Under the pieces are notes generated by a model. That model saw nothing but the letters and a program-made list of their open reading frames with translations. It had not been told where the DNA came from and did no database searches. The translations under genes and the position numbers were made by a program. A stretch of DNA of 64,000 nucleotides from Phoronis australis (lineage: Eukaryota > Animalia > Phoronida), in assembly GCA_002633005.1 (NCBI GenBank), contig NMRA01001035.1:1-64000 (forward strand). The letters run 5' to 3'. Position 1 is the first letter of the stretch. Every line of letters starts with the position of its first letter. Of this stretch, positions 12,711 through 25,036 are shown one piece after another.

Positions 12711-12783
12711 GCCGCTGAGTGGTGTAGTGGTAAAGTCAGCGACTCGAAACTCTTGAGGTCCGGGTTCGAATCCGGCCTCGGTT
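12711..12783 (+). pseudogene. tRNA-like sequence (tRNA pseudogene or SINE head)
   Basis: A-box tggtgtagtgg and B-box ggttcgaatcc correctly spaced; acceptor and anticodon stems imperfect. Confidence 0.6.
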
Positions 12784-15178
12784 TCCCGCCGATAAATTTA
12801 TGGGTCACGGTTGTATCTGCCATTCGAGGCTAATATTGATATACTACACAATTATCTTGAGTTCATGTGAATGAAGAACGGAAAGTGTTTTTCTAGCACG
12901 GATGCCTTATAGCCGCTTGACTTTACGGAACGGACGATGTCAGTCAAGTGAAGCCATGTTCACAACACAAGCACCCCATGGAACGTCAAAAGAAAAACAA
13001 ACAGGCTTCGTAACGTTGAATTATTATCCACAGCTTAATGCGAAACATGTAATTTCAATGATTATCATTCGGTCGACGATCTACAGTCACTTGGGGTGGC
13101 ACCACTAAACACCATCATCAGCTCCTGTTTCTCGCGTTCGAAATCCGGGGCAAGGACCAGTCGACGTTGTTCCTACAAGAATAAAACAGCCTTATATTGT
13201 CGACATCGAAGAAGAGAGGCAAGTCAAACTCAGTCATCAGTGCACACGTGTACAACTTAATTACAACAGGTGCACAATCCTACAATAGATGCAAGGTTGG
13301 TTGAACAACATATATTATTGAATGAACTCAATTTATTCAACAATGACGTTTGTGTGCTTGATGCTTATATTAATGTTTTCGGAACAAATAAAGTTATCAT
13401 AAATTCTCACCATTGCATGTTTGAAAGGTCGTCACCTTTTAGCTATGTCAACGCTGTCAGTTGGTCAAACCAGAGGAATCAGCAGGTCTTATTACCTACA
13501 ACTTCTAAACAGGGACACAAGACAATTCATACGAGCGATAACATGAACAAAAATAATGTAAATGCAACATAAACATCATTTTACGAAGGCTCGTATGATA
13601 TGCGGCGATAAGAAGATGCTTTGAAAGTGAAGTCTTGACATCCTTGGGCCTTGCTTGAGCTCTGAAGGAGTCTTCCTTAGATGGTTGCTTAGACGTTTAA
13701 ATGACATCATCTGTTCTGATAATAGAAGAGATGCAAACAAAACACACAAAGAGATACACTAAAAAGAGCAACGAGACACTGGGTTTACAATATCTATTGA
13801 TGAATTTATCAAAGGACTTACCTCTGTGTGGTCAAGCTTTCTCCAAATTCAAAACCATTTCATAATACTAGGCTAATTTATTGGTGCAAGGGGGTAAAGA
13901 TTCAAATATTCGAAGGAAACCATAACGAAAATGCCCTGCAAAATGGTTTTGTTTGGCTGAATGAAAGCATGACCATTCTTCGCCTCTGGCAAGCGTGGAT
14001 ATGTCTTTCTGCATTGTTCGCTTTATACAAAGTTTCAATTATGAAATTGATTGCATGTAACACTGGAACTTATTTTCAGAATTTTAGACAAAAAAAGTCC
14101 ATGGTACTTGTTTGAAGATTTGCCAATAACATAACAATCATTGATGTTTTTCTTTTAAATTCGCGGACATTTGAAAAATCGTGGGTTCAGATAATTTATC
14201 ATTGAAAGCAAATGAAGTGGAGTAAATGGACGCATTTTTGACAATCTCTTGCTCACGTTACAGTAGGTCTCCAAGTAACGAGCATAAACCAGAACCAAAT
14301 ACTTTTTTGGTCGGATTTGTTTTTTTTCTGAGAAAACGCGAGTTCATAAATTTAAATGCCGTCCATGCACAAAATGCAAATCAAATTTAAAACTTTCATA
14401 CAAAATACCATGCACCCTGCATACCTGTGTATGGTCCCCACAACGAGAATGAGGAACAGAAAACAGTTCCGTATCGACATCTTTGAAGTCGTGTATCTTT
14501 GGGACAACGCCCAATCGATAACAGAACTGACAATTCTCGACAGCTCACCTCCTTTTAATGTCCAATTTTGCGTGGTTGATACCACCAGGCCAATCACGAT
14601 GCAGAAATGTTGAGCGCAAGCATAGTGCATAACGCGCTAGCGCGCGATTGGTTAAAAAATTCGACTCTTGGTCGTGGAGATGACAAAAAAGAATACAGTA
14701 CAGTCGAATGTTAGTAAAAGCATTGTTCAGCCACACACTTGTTCACGTTGTTCCTGGTAGTGTTTTGGTAGAATTTTATGTTTTTAATTTTGACAAAATA
14801 AATCCTCGTTTGTTTGCCACTCGTAATTTGCTCTGGTGATCGACGGGGTGAGAAAACAATGAGGTCGGATAGCAGGTCTGCCCACGGACTTAAAAATCAA
14901 AACAAGCAGTACACACATGAAGGTTTAAAAAGCTTTGATCACGAGATTGCTGTACATATATACTCTTTAAAATAAGTGATGCGAATCATGTTTAACATCT
15001 AATATCCGGTACGTCCCTATTTGCGTCACGTGACTTCAGGTAATTTAACCAAAAGTAGCAAAAGTGTATCGTATCTCACTAGGGGACTCGGAGATTTTGT
15101 TGGATGTGGCCCTAGTAGACTTTTTGAAGTTATAAGCAATGACGCACACCACAAAGTTTATTGGCCCTAGGCTTTGAC

Positions 15179-15430
15179 CAGCGGTCCGTTTCATGAAAGT
15201 AACTTAGAAATTAAGACAGAAACTTGGTCTTTCGCTTTCACTTACAACTGGTGAATAAAAGTTTAGCCAAGTAATTTAGAGGGCATCACAGTCTAGAAGT
15301 CTGAAATTGCTTCAGTTACTAAGAGCCATGTATATATTCTCAGAGAAGGCACTATTTTTCTAAAATTTTTCTGAGGACCGAAAGGCCAAATTTCTATGTT
15401 AGGACACTAATTTCATGAAACAGACCCCTG
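15179..15430. mobile_element. PIF/Harbinger-type MITE
   Basis: Imperfect TIRs cagcggtccgtttcatgaaa...tttcatgaaacagacccctg. Confidence 0.6.
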
Positions 15431-17676
15431 GGCTATCGAACAACAAATGCATTGTGATTTTATTACAAATCGTAATTTTTCGTCGTTGTATGCTAACCGT
15501 TGGGTGAATTCAAGGCCGCTTATCAGATAATTACATTAAAAATACTCTTCGGTTGATCGAGTGGGGCTTAGCTTCGTCACCAAGCCGTGGACGGTGGGAG
15601 CTAAGGTTAAGGGTGAGGTCCCATACTGGAGTTCCTCTCCGAAGATCACACTCACCAATGATGTCACTTAAACACAGTGACATTGAATATTACTGAAAAT
15701 TGCCAGTTGTACATGTTGCCAAATATCTACAAAACTACATAATTTAACTCAGCAAAAGTATATGGTGTATTAGTGGCGGATCTAGGATACCTTAAGGGGG
15801 GCAACATGTTGCCTTGGTGAATTGGACAAGCGCGACTGTACATGTATGTGCAACACAGGTGGAACGTTGCGGCGGCCGGTATGATTAGGAAATCTATCGG
15901 TGGACTAAAAAGAAAACAAGAACAAAAAAAAAACAATTGTGTTCCGCCACGATCTGGGGTCTGAGCTCCACCCTTTTCCAGTACCGATCCCAGTTACTGA
16001 ACTTAATATTTCCTCACGCTTCACGCGGCTGCTGTTTCATTTTGCTTGCCACAGCCTGTGTATAGAAGAATTTCTTTAGAATTTCTTTCTGTTGACTTCA
16101 CACCAATGTGCCATTACTTAGACAACGTGACCTTGCTTTATACGAAAAATTAGAAAAAAAGCTGTATTCATAGTAAACCAAAGGAATCAACAACATGGCA
16201 AAATTTGGTATGATCTAAATATCCAAGATGAAATGTCAAAAACGCTCTTACAGTTTTCTAAATGATCGTCTCATTTTCGTTTTATGCAATTTTGTTCTTT
16301 CCATAAATTCATACTGATAGCATCACACGCGAAATGGAGCATTTAAAATGCGTTTTGGAGAACAGTGTGTAAAGTATAGTATCCGAAAGTTTCATAGGCT
16401 TACGATAAACCAATTCTGAGATATGATGTTCCGGAAGTTGGCTAAAATTGGAGATTTTTCGCGACAAGCGTGACTACACAACCTGAACTGAAATCGTAGG
16501 GCGAGAAGTTTTCTATTATTTGATGATGGCAAAGTTCGAATACGTGCTATTCAGGGACAAAAATGGAGAGAGTACGTACAAATTATTTATCGCACATATA
16601 AAATTATGCCGACATAAGCACATCACCCCCGCTGGGGGTTTCGATTAACTGAACGGTGTCAAACTGTGTCAGCAAATAACAGTCGGACGTCAAGCTGCTA
16701 AGGAGACGTAGTGAAATTTAATTTCATTTGCTCATTTTTGATAAAACAGTTTAATAAATTGTGCGACGGCGATGAAAAATCTTATACTGTGACTTCCTCA
16801 ACACTCATCTTTTTCAAAGCATTATAATATAATCCACGTTATTTTAAAAACACAACGTAGCTGTTCTATTTTCATTAAGTCATTGCGATGCTTTTAACTG
16901 AATTTGTTGATCATTAAAATCTATCCAACGTTGCTCTTTTGAAAATTACATTGTCGGGGTTGCTTCTTGGTCTCTAGATGAAAGAAACACGAATTGCATA
17001 GCCAAGAAACTAGTCCACGAATACAAGTTACTATGACTGGACATCCCTTGACTAAGCGTATACATCAGGACGAGAACTCAACGACGTGCCAAATTTAGAA
17101 GGCTATATCGGCCGTCGGGGTGGGCCGTAGGAAGCTTACATAACCTCTTCCTTACGGTCAATTTTCACGGGACAGATTTTCTTTGATATTACGATCTACT
17201 TTAATTTATGAAAGGTTAAAATACTTAAACGAAAATTGACTTTTAGATATCAGACAAAAGTCCAAGTCGGTGAATCGGACATGGGATAGACCATATGTGA
17301 TTCTATGAAGTCGTCAACACGTACCCAATTCTTATTTTTTCAATTCAGTAAAATTTAACGTTATTGAAAATTGGGACTACCATTCCACTACCTACTATTG
17401 TTGAAGGTTTGAACAGAAATGCTACTGAAACTGACAATTGTCATTACTTAATTTCATGATGCAATAACAAACACTTCAAAGGTGTAATTGGAGAGCCATT
17501 TTTCTTTCTGGCAAAATTCAATAAACACGAGACCCACTGATTTGATTTCATGTCTTTTATACCTTAATATAGTGACAGGTGGTTATTTGAGAATAGCCCC
17601 AGTGAGAATTCGAACGCGGAATCGTCGAGGTCGGACAAACGTTCTGCGTCCACTCCAGAAAGTGAGGTGGTTTTAA

Positions 17677-18215
17677 AGAGGCCTTGAACGCGATAAACAG
17701 ACTGGATTGCAATATTGAAAGTGGTTCTCTGCCAGTGAAAGATAATTCAACCTGCTTGCCGGGTATTTTTAGGGTTTGTTGAATATAAAAATTTTTAATT
17801 TCTGTTGATACAAAGCATTTTCTTTTAGTTTCAAATTTCAAAAAAGAAGGTCTCTCAACTGCTAGCTACTTCGTCGATTTTTCTTCCGCAAGGCAAAACA
17901 CGTCTCCTTATTTGGTATGGCAAGACATAGACGTAGCACATTTCCCTTATATGGAAAATGTGACCTTTGATATTAAGCGACTTCAAGCAATTACGAGTGC
18001 ATACGCTCATTTATCATAAGTGGGAGGAAGGTTAAAAACTCCGTGGTAGAAGTTTTTCCAGCGTGCGTACTTAAAAATGGTGAATTTAGTGATTTTTTCT
18101 GGAAATTTACTCACAAGGGAACGTACATTTCTCTGTGCTTAACGTTGCGAGATGGTGCTTTCGTCAGGAATTGTTCAAAAGATATTTTTGACGCACTTTC
18201 ACGTTCCATGCCTCT
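17677..18215. mobile_element. Kolobok-type MITE with TTAA target duplication
   Basis: TTAA|agaggccttgaacgcga...tcacgttccatgcctct|TTAA; 14/17 TIR match; purine-purine termini. Confidence 0.7.
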
Positions 18216-19529
18216 TTAAGAGTATTGAACAGTCACTGGCCTCATCTGTTAAATAGGCTTAAAACTTTCATATTAAGCTTATTTAACAGATAAAGAGGGT
18301 GACCTTAATTTATTCAGCACACGTATTTACATTTTCGATTCACTGATAGACCACCCAAAAACCTTAAATCAATGGCACTTCGTTAACACTGACAGGAGAT
18401 ATTAAAATTGACAAAATCAAACTATCAGCCAAACCAATGTCTCGTTCAATTAGACAGGAAGTGACTCGTGTAGTTGATTTGACTGGTCGAGATCAGCATC
18501 TTCAAATACTAAACTATGTATCGATTTACTGCAATGTTGATTTGACTGTATTTGAAAAGTAAATGCCGTTGTTTAAAAATTCGATTAAAGCGCCGATATT
18601 AAGTATAAAAACCCCCGGCCCTTGTACTCCCCAGTCTTCATGCTGCATCCCAGTAGGTACTCTCCTTGATCGATGTTCCTTTGGCATGGATGGGTGGGTG
18701 CCACAAGGATCCGATGTTCCGCAGGCTTGACATTCAATCTGCTTGACCACCCTGGAAGGCCTCATGTAATAATGCCAAGATGCAACACAAATTTTTGATA
18801 ATATATAAACCCCCAGTCATTTTCCAATTATATCATTGATTGTGTACTCTCCAAGTTCCATTATTGCAGTAATGCAACACTGTGATGGACCTCTGTTGAG
18901 AAATGAGCAAACTATTTGAATTAGAAATTCAAGGTGTCTGCCCCCATGTTGTAAACTGTCCAGTGAGCAAAAGGCAAAGACATTCTCTACACAGCCCAGG
19001 TAAATTTATTATTTCAATGTAATGGATTCGAACCATTAAATAACATATTATCTACTGGTGTAAACTTTATGTTGAATGTTTTGTCATCTAGGTTTGCTTG
19101 TCCTGAATAGCCATGTTGCCTAATTGCAATACAGGGCTTTCTCATCACCATGCCAACAGACTTGTTTAGTCTAAACTTTTTAAACAAAAGTGCAGTAATT
19201 TGTTTGTCTCTTTTGAGCAGTATATTAATTCTTATAAACAGTATGTATGTGAGTTTGACTAGATGAATTTTACTTTTTGTGAGAATAAAATAAACATTTG
19301 GCTTTTTGTGTTACTGGGTAGTTCATCAGTTGCCTCTTTAGTGTCATTTCAACATCACGATTCTACAGGTTCTTAACCAGCGACTTTATGAGCTTATGTA
19401 ATCGTTTATAACTCGCTATTTCTCAAGATTTTTTCCTTTGAAACACGCGTAATGTAGCGCCAAAATTGAATGGACAAATCGATTTCCCGATTAATTTTCA
19501 GATTCATAACGACAAGGAATACCGTCTAG

Positions 19530-19990
19530 TTGGGTGATGTGTTACATTTGTTAGATGGAGGTGAGAATGACTTAGAGGGCGTGGTTAGTGTGATGATGAT
19601 GATGATGATGATGATGATGACGACGACTTCGTTCCCCAGCAACTTGGTGACGATAATGAAAGGCCTGACAGTGACGATGAACCACTATACGAGTCAATCG
19701 TGTCCATCGGTGCAGTCTCAAAAGTGAAAGAGAAATGACAAAACAAGGAAGAGGTCCATTTGAAGAAAAAGTCGAGGTCGACGAAAACATCTGTGTATGA
19801 GAACAAGCCAGTAACAGCCATTCAATTCATCTTGTGTTGGTTCTAATATTACCAGTCCAACTGTTAATGTTAGAAGATGGGACAAGAGCTCAAAGGCCCA
19901 TATCCAAATTCCAAGGCCATTTTGTGTGCAGCCAGTACAATAAGTTTATGGGTGATGTCGACCTGCTGGAACATGCTGTTGATACTGTTA
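19530..19990 (+). mobile_element. Internally deleted piggyBac transposase remnant containing a (GAT)n tract
   Basis: Acidic N-terminus (DVLHLLDGGENDLEG...DDDD...DFVP) and IPRP...QYNKFMGDVDLL, matching the piggyBac YNxxMGGVD motif. Confidence 0.55.
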
Positions 19991-21164
19991 TTTTGGTTTA
20001 ATACAACTAATAACAAGATCATATGGTCAACCCAAGACGACAGAAACACCCAAAATTGAATTACACACAAATACATAAATGCTTTTTCTGAGTTTTAACT
20101 CAGTAAGGTTTTAAAAAACCTTACAGTTTTTTCAGACTTGACCAAAATGCACCATAACTAGTTGCTGAACTTAGTTCCAAACAAGCGTTACTTCTAGCTG
20201 GTATGATCAGATGACGCTGAGTAACAGAAAGTGGATGTCAAAGAAGGATCTCGACCCATATTAACTGGTAATAAGTAAGTGTGACCTGTCCGTTTCCACA
20301 AATGACAGATGATCTTACATACAGTATACCACATAAATTGCAGGCACGACACCTGTCATCGCCTGGGGGAGCCACAGTCGCACTCCCTGGACAGGCGAGC
20401 ACGCAGCTGGTATCCCTGCAACATGCTGTGATTAGCGGAAACCTCACCCATCGTTAAGCCTTTCCTGACCTTTGAATGAATCTTAATTTGCGTTGAAGAG
20501 TGTTTGTTGCGAAATAATTTAATGACATCTTGGAAACCTAAAAATTACTCGCTGAATGAAAATAAAAAATGACGACTTGGCATCGGCGTAGGCCTATTTA
20601 TCGAAGAAGTGGGGGGGGGGGGNTCAATGGGGGGAAATCTGGGATAAAATATAGAACACGGCGGTATCGGGGAGGAAAGAGTTGGCGACTGGGGAGTACG
20701 CGAATTTCGGACGAAGTAGTGGGTGAAATTTATGGAGGACTGGGGGTTGGGCGCGGTATCTATTGCTGAAAACCGAAAGGTGAAATTGGTAACGACCGAA
20801 GGCGGGGAAGGCGTGAAAGGCGTGAAATCCGCGTATTTTAGGCGATAATGTAACACCAGACGTCCCCCGGAAAGTTAAGTCCAGGTACAGCTCTGCGAAT
20901 TATCTCGGTGACCTGAACGCATTGTCTGTTTTGTCAGCAACAGTGGGTACAGAGGTAGCGATAGCCATCAAATTGAAACACACTGTTACAATAACACGAA
21001 GATTATTTTTCTAAATGCGTAAAGCATCAGATAAAAGATCCATGACCTAATCCTTTGTCATATGACACCACTTTAAATAACGGACGCATCGGGTCAAGCA
21101 ATATGTATGATGTTGCCGAGGGTGACAATGCTAGTTTTTAGCACGTTCGTAAGTAAATTTTACA

Positions 21165-22733
21165 ATGCTAGAAGTTAAACAAATAGCAGAAGACGAGGAG
21201 AATCGACATGAGAGCCGAGGTCTAGGCAAGGCGATCACTGGACTACTAGTTATTGGAACATGTGTCATCTTGGAGCGCATAGCCTTCTATAACACGTCGC
21301 AGTTCGTAGTTCACGAGCGCGACGCTTCGGAGGATAAATCCAACATTACCGTGTACGTGTTTAACGGCTGTTATTATATGCTGCCAATACTTGGGGGTTT
21401 ATTGGCCGACGTGGTGGGCAGGAACAGGACTATTCTGATTGGATTGTTCTTCTACAACGTGGGCCTGGTGCTGGTGTCAGTGGACTGTCCCGCACTAAAC
21501 AGACAGCTGCCAACCGACCAAAGATACTGCACCTGGGACCCAGAGGGCATTATCTTGTTCACCCTACCCCTAGTCGGATTAGGCACCGGCTTCATTAAAG
21601 TAAACTTGGTGACGCTTTTTCTCAAGCAAGGCGCCGCCGTGCAGGAAAAACTGCCGGAACAGAACATATTCGCACCCCACATGTCGGTAGAGAACTGGGT
21701 CGCTTTGAACTGCTTCTGCATTAGTTTAGGGGAGATAGCCGCGTGGCTATTAGGGGATGTATTGCAGATATTCACACCAATCATTCCAGCCGCAATCATA
21801 GCAGCGGTTACATTAGCGTTCGTGACATCTTTAAAATGTAAAATAATTCAACCAGAAGAAGTGCCCCAAAGACAAGTAGTACAACACGACGACTTCAATC
21901 CCAACGCCACGTTTCACTTGACGGAGCACATTGCTTTGCAACAGAGACAACGTAGGACATGTTTCCGTAAGCGAATGCTCTCCACATTGCCCTGCCTGGG
22001 TATGTTTGTAGTATTCTGGATGGGCTCTACCCAGGTACTTATGCAGACGTCCCGCCAGATGGACCCCAACGCAGTCGATCGTATTACGGTAATGAACGGC
22101 GGCGTGACGGCAGTAAATAACGCAGTCACTTCCATATGTCTTCTGTGCCTGTATACATTTCTTCGAGCAAAATTCAGATTTGAGTCACCGTTAACAAAAT
22201 TAGGCATTGGAATATTGCTTGGGGTTTTAGCACACGTTTTAATGGGACTGACCGACTCATTGGAAAAATACTATCATTATCACATACTGAAAGTCTCTTG
22301 GGCTGTGCCCCAATATATTCTCATTGGGGTATCCGAGACTGTAGCTACCATATCGGGAATCGCACTATTCCTCCAGATGGCGCCAAAGAACTTCGACAAC
22401 CTCACTGTCGGGATGTTTCTTTCCACCGTAGGATTTGGGTTGTTATTCGGCGGGGTTGCACAGGCAATAGGTGAGCCGACAGTGCGCAGCGCCGAGCCAG
22501 ATTTTGGCCATTTGGACTACTATGCCTACGCCATGTCGGGTATCGCACTGGCCAACTTCGTGATATTTTGGATTTACTCGGTGCATTTTTTCAAACCTCC
22601 ATCAGACGACTTCGAGGAGACAAACGATGACATAGCAAGACCTGTCTGCCAACAGTCCGGGACCAGGAGATATGGCGCCACCCGCAGCACACAATGCACT
22701 GTGCAACATTTAAAGCATCCGGAAAGTATATAG
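21165..22733 (+). CDS. Intronless SLC15/POT family transporter, paralogue of 3438-5003
   Basis: 522-aa ORF. Motifs ILERIAFY, LPILGGLLADVVG, GTGFIKVN, PQYILIGVSETV, APK, LDYYAY; collinear with the first paralogue (shared VDCPAL, GMFLSTVGFG). Confidence 0.9.
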   Translation: MLEVKQIAEDEENRHESRGLGKAITGLLVIGTCVILERIAFYNTSQFVVHERDASEDKSNITVYVFNGCYYMLPILGGLLADVVGRNRTILIGLFFYNVGLVLVSVDCPALNRQLPTDQRYCTWDPEGIILFTLPLVGLGTGFIKVNLVTLFLKQGAAVQEKLPEQNIFAPHMSVENWVALNCFCISLGEIAAWLLGDVLQIFTPIIPAAIIAAVTLAFVTSLKCKIIQPEEVPQRQVVQHDDFNPNATFHLTEHIALQQRQRRTCFRKRMLSTLPCLGMFVVFWMGSTQVLMQTSRQMDPNAVDRITVMNGGVTAVNNAVTSICLLCLYTFLRAKFRFESPLTKLGIGILLGVLAHVLMGLTDSLEKYYHYHILKVSWAVPQYILIGVSETVATISGIALFLQMAPKNFDNLTVGMFLSTVGFGLLFGGVAQAIGEPTVRSAEPDFGHLDYYAYAMSGIALANFVIFWIYSVHFFKPPSDDFEETNDDIARPVCQQSGTRRYGATRSTQCTVQHLKHPESI

Positions 22734-24766
22734 GGCAAAGTATTGCAGAATGCTAAAATTGAGGAGCTTGCAATGGACTTCTACAACCTATAGCAACAGG
22801 GACAGTAATGTGCGCCAACTGCTTGTCAGCAGCTATGGGTAACACTTACCATATGTTCCAGAATCACTTAGGTAGGACTGGTATAGTTGCTTGCCATCAC
22901 CAAGAACTGTTTTTATCTTTAGTTTCAGTCTTCATTCACAAAGGACCATTGTGACTGACCAAAACGATTCAACAAAGCCCTGTCTCACACACTACCAGTG
23001 CTGCCTTATCCCTTTTCTAGCGTACTCACATTCAAACCCAAACCCTTCATGCGCGACCATGGCTGAACTCTGGTAACTCATAGCAGCTAAGCAATTGATG
23101 CTGCAAACCTTGCCATTCCTTTGGGTTAGTATCATTCATTCACTGGCACTTTTTAACAAGTGTAGCTATCCCTACTGCAAAATTGCCTTCCCTTAAAGAA
23201 ATACAGTTTTGATTTAAACCTCCCCTGCGCTACTGAACTGGTCTCAACTTGCTCTTTCTCAGAGGAGAAATTATTCCTTCTGGGTTTGGAATAGTAACAA
23301 AAACCGAATTCCATGAAGATCCATCGAGGAACTTGGTGGACATTAAGGCACACAATTAAAAAAACTTGCAACTAGGGGGCATCACAGTAGTGAAGTCCAT
23401 CTGGAAATAAACCTCATATGTGCTATTTATAATAGGACATTCAACCCATCTGCCAAGTTTAGTTACAATCCTTGGAGTTCTTTGGCGGATAGTGAGGCAG
23501 TAATGAAAATGGCTAGTACGTGGACCAGAACATGTCAAATGCTTCCAAAACTGGGCAGATGGTGAGATGAAGCATATTTGCCAAATTCCATAAAAATACA
23601 CCAAGGAACTTGGTAGGTAAACACAGAGGCAAAGCTGAAAACCTAAACAAGGTTGGGACACAATGGAAGTTGACTCCATCCGAAAGTCGACATCCCTCAT
23701 CCACCTCACAGGAAACACAATCGGAAAATTCCCCGAATATCCCACAAAGGGTTTATGAGATGCAGAAGCAGGTGCTGGATACAGATGATGCAATATGCAC
23801 CCACCTATGTATAACTGTCATTTTTTGACACTAAACATGCTTATTACTAGGACTATCCTATGTTTTTGAGATAACGAAACAACCCTTTTCAAAAGACTGT
23901 TTATTAAAGACACTGTGTAGCACATTACTCAACTTTACCCATTTTGGCGTCACAGAAAAGCTTCTTCAATTTAGAACACCACTACAATAAATAAGTCTGG
24001 AAGATTTGTTTTCAATGTTCAATTGCCAAAGGTCTCATTTTACAGCTGACATCTGAGTACAAGGTGATATTCTGTGCACCTTTAACAATACAGTGAGCTC
24101 CCATTTGAGCAAGCTTTGCAATAATTCTCTCTCAGTCATCCAAATACCCTTTACCAACATACAGTAGAGGACAAAAGTAATTAGACAAAATACCATTTCC
24201 CCATCAAGACGGCTAAGTCTGTTAACAGCAAAAATGATAGCTAATAACAATTCAAGTGACAAAATTCTAATTACCAAATGACTTATCCACCTCACTGACT
24301 GTCCTGTTTGTCCCCTTCATTATTGGTCATGAGAGAGGACTAACTCTGATGATGAATTGACTTCTGCCCAGCTGTCATGATGGAGAATTCCGAGTCATTT
24401 TGTCTAAATACTTTTGGCTGGTGCTGTATCAGTGACATAATGAAATGCACCTGTCACTCGATGGCTATAAAGTAGTAGATGTACAGTGATCAGCACCATC
24501 TACAGTTTGTCTTGGATGGTAGTTTAATGCAGTGGAATCTCCCGCTTTTTTCATCACAGTCACTTGATCATCATCCTGTTAAATTGCCAGGCACGAGGTG
24601 CGTTATTCTCAGAGATCACAAAAGAATGCTTATCGCCTCAAAATGTCCATGAATGAGTGATTTACTGCATGATTTGGCGGCAAATTTCTAAATTTACTCG
24701 AAGCGTACCATCTGAATGCACCCTGAGTTACTACTCTTAACAATAAAAACTACTAAGTCATGGGGG

Positions 24767-25036
24767 TCAAAGGTCAGCACCATGCAGATACATAGCTAAG
24801 AATTTTCTAAACACGTCCGGGTTGTAATCTTCATACTTGGTGTCTCGCAGCATGGACCTTTTTGGCTCCAGCTTGTGAAACATGTGGTTGTCACTGTCCA
24901 ACCAGAAGATGTTCTTGATGCCCTCCTCACTGGCAAAGTCGAGAGTGTTCAGTTGGAAGCAGACAAAGTTGAAGTTGCGACCGTTGGTGTGCACACACTG
25001 GACGCTGATAGGCTCTGGCAGTTGAGATCCCACCTC
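24767..25036 (-). CDS. MRPL37: MRPL37 last coding exon
   Basis: ctag|GAGGTG...; encodes PISVQCVHTNGRNFNFVCFQLNTLD...FRKFLAMYLHGADL*. Confidence 0.9.
   Translation of the reverse strand, partial: EVGSQLPEPISVQCVHTNGRNFNFVCFQLNTLDFASEEGIKNIFWLDSDNHMFHKLEPKRSMLRDTKYEDYNPDVFRKFLAMYLHGADL

Noticed and set aside
13570-14480. Small secreted-peptide gene on - (MSIRNCFLFLILVVGTIH|gt, with further splice-like sites at 13821 and 13711)
   Set aside because: The candidate downstream exon has stops in all three phases, so no coherent ORF can be built.
17570-17670. Minus-strand tRNA gene
   Set aside because: Only a B-box-like GTTCGAATT, with no cloverleaf; at most a decayed SINE.
24340-24440. C/D box snoRNA (TGATGA) between the convergent genes
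   Set aside because: No properly placed D box or terminal stem, and the site is not intronic.
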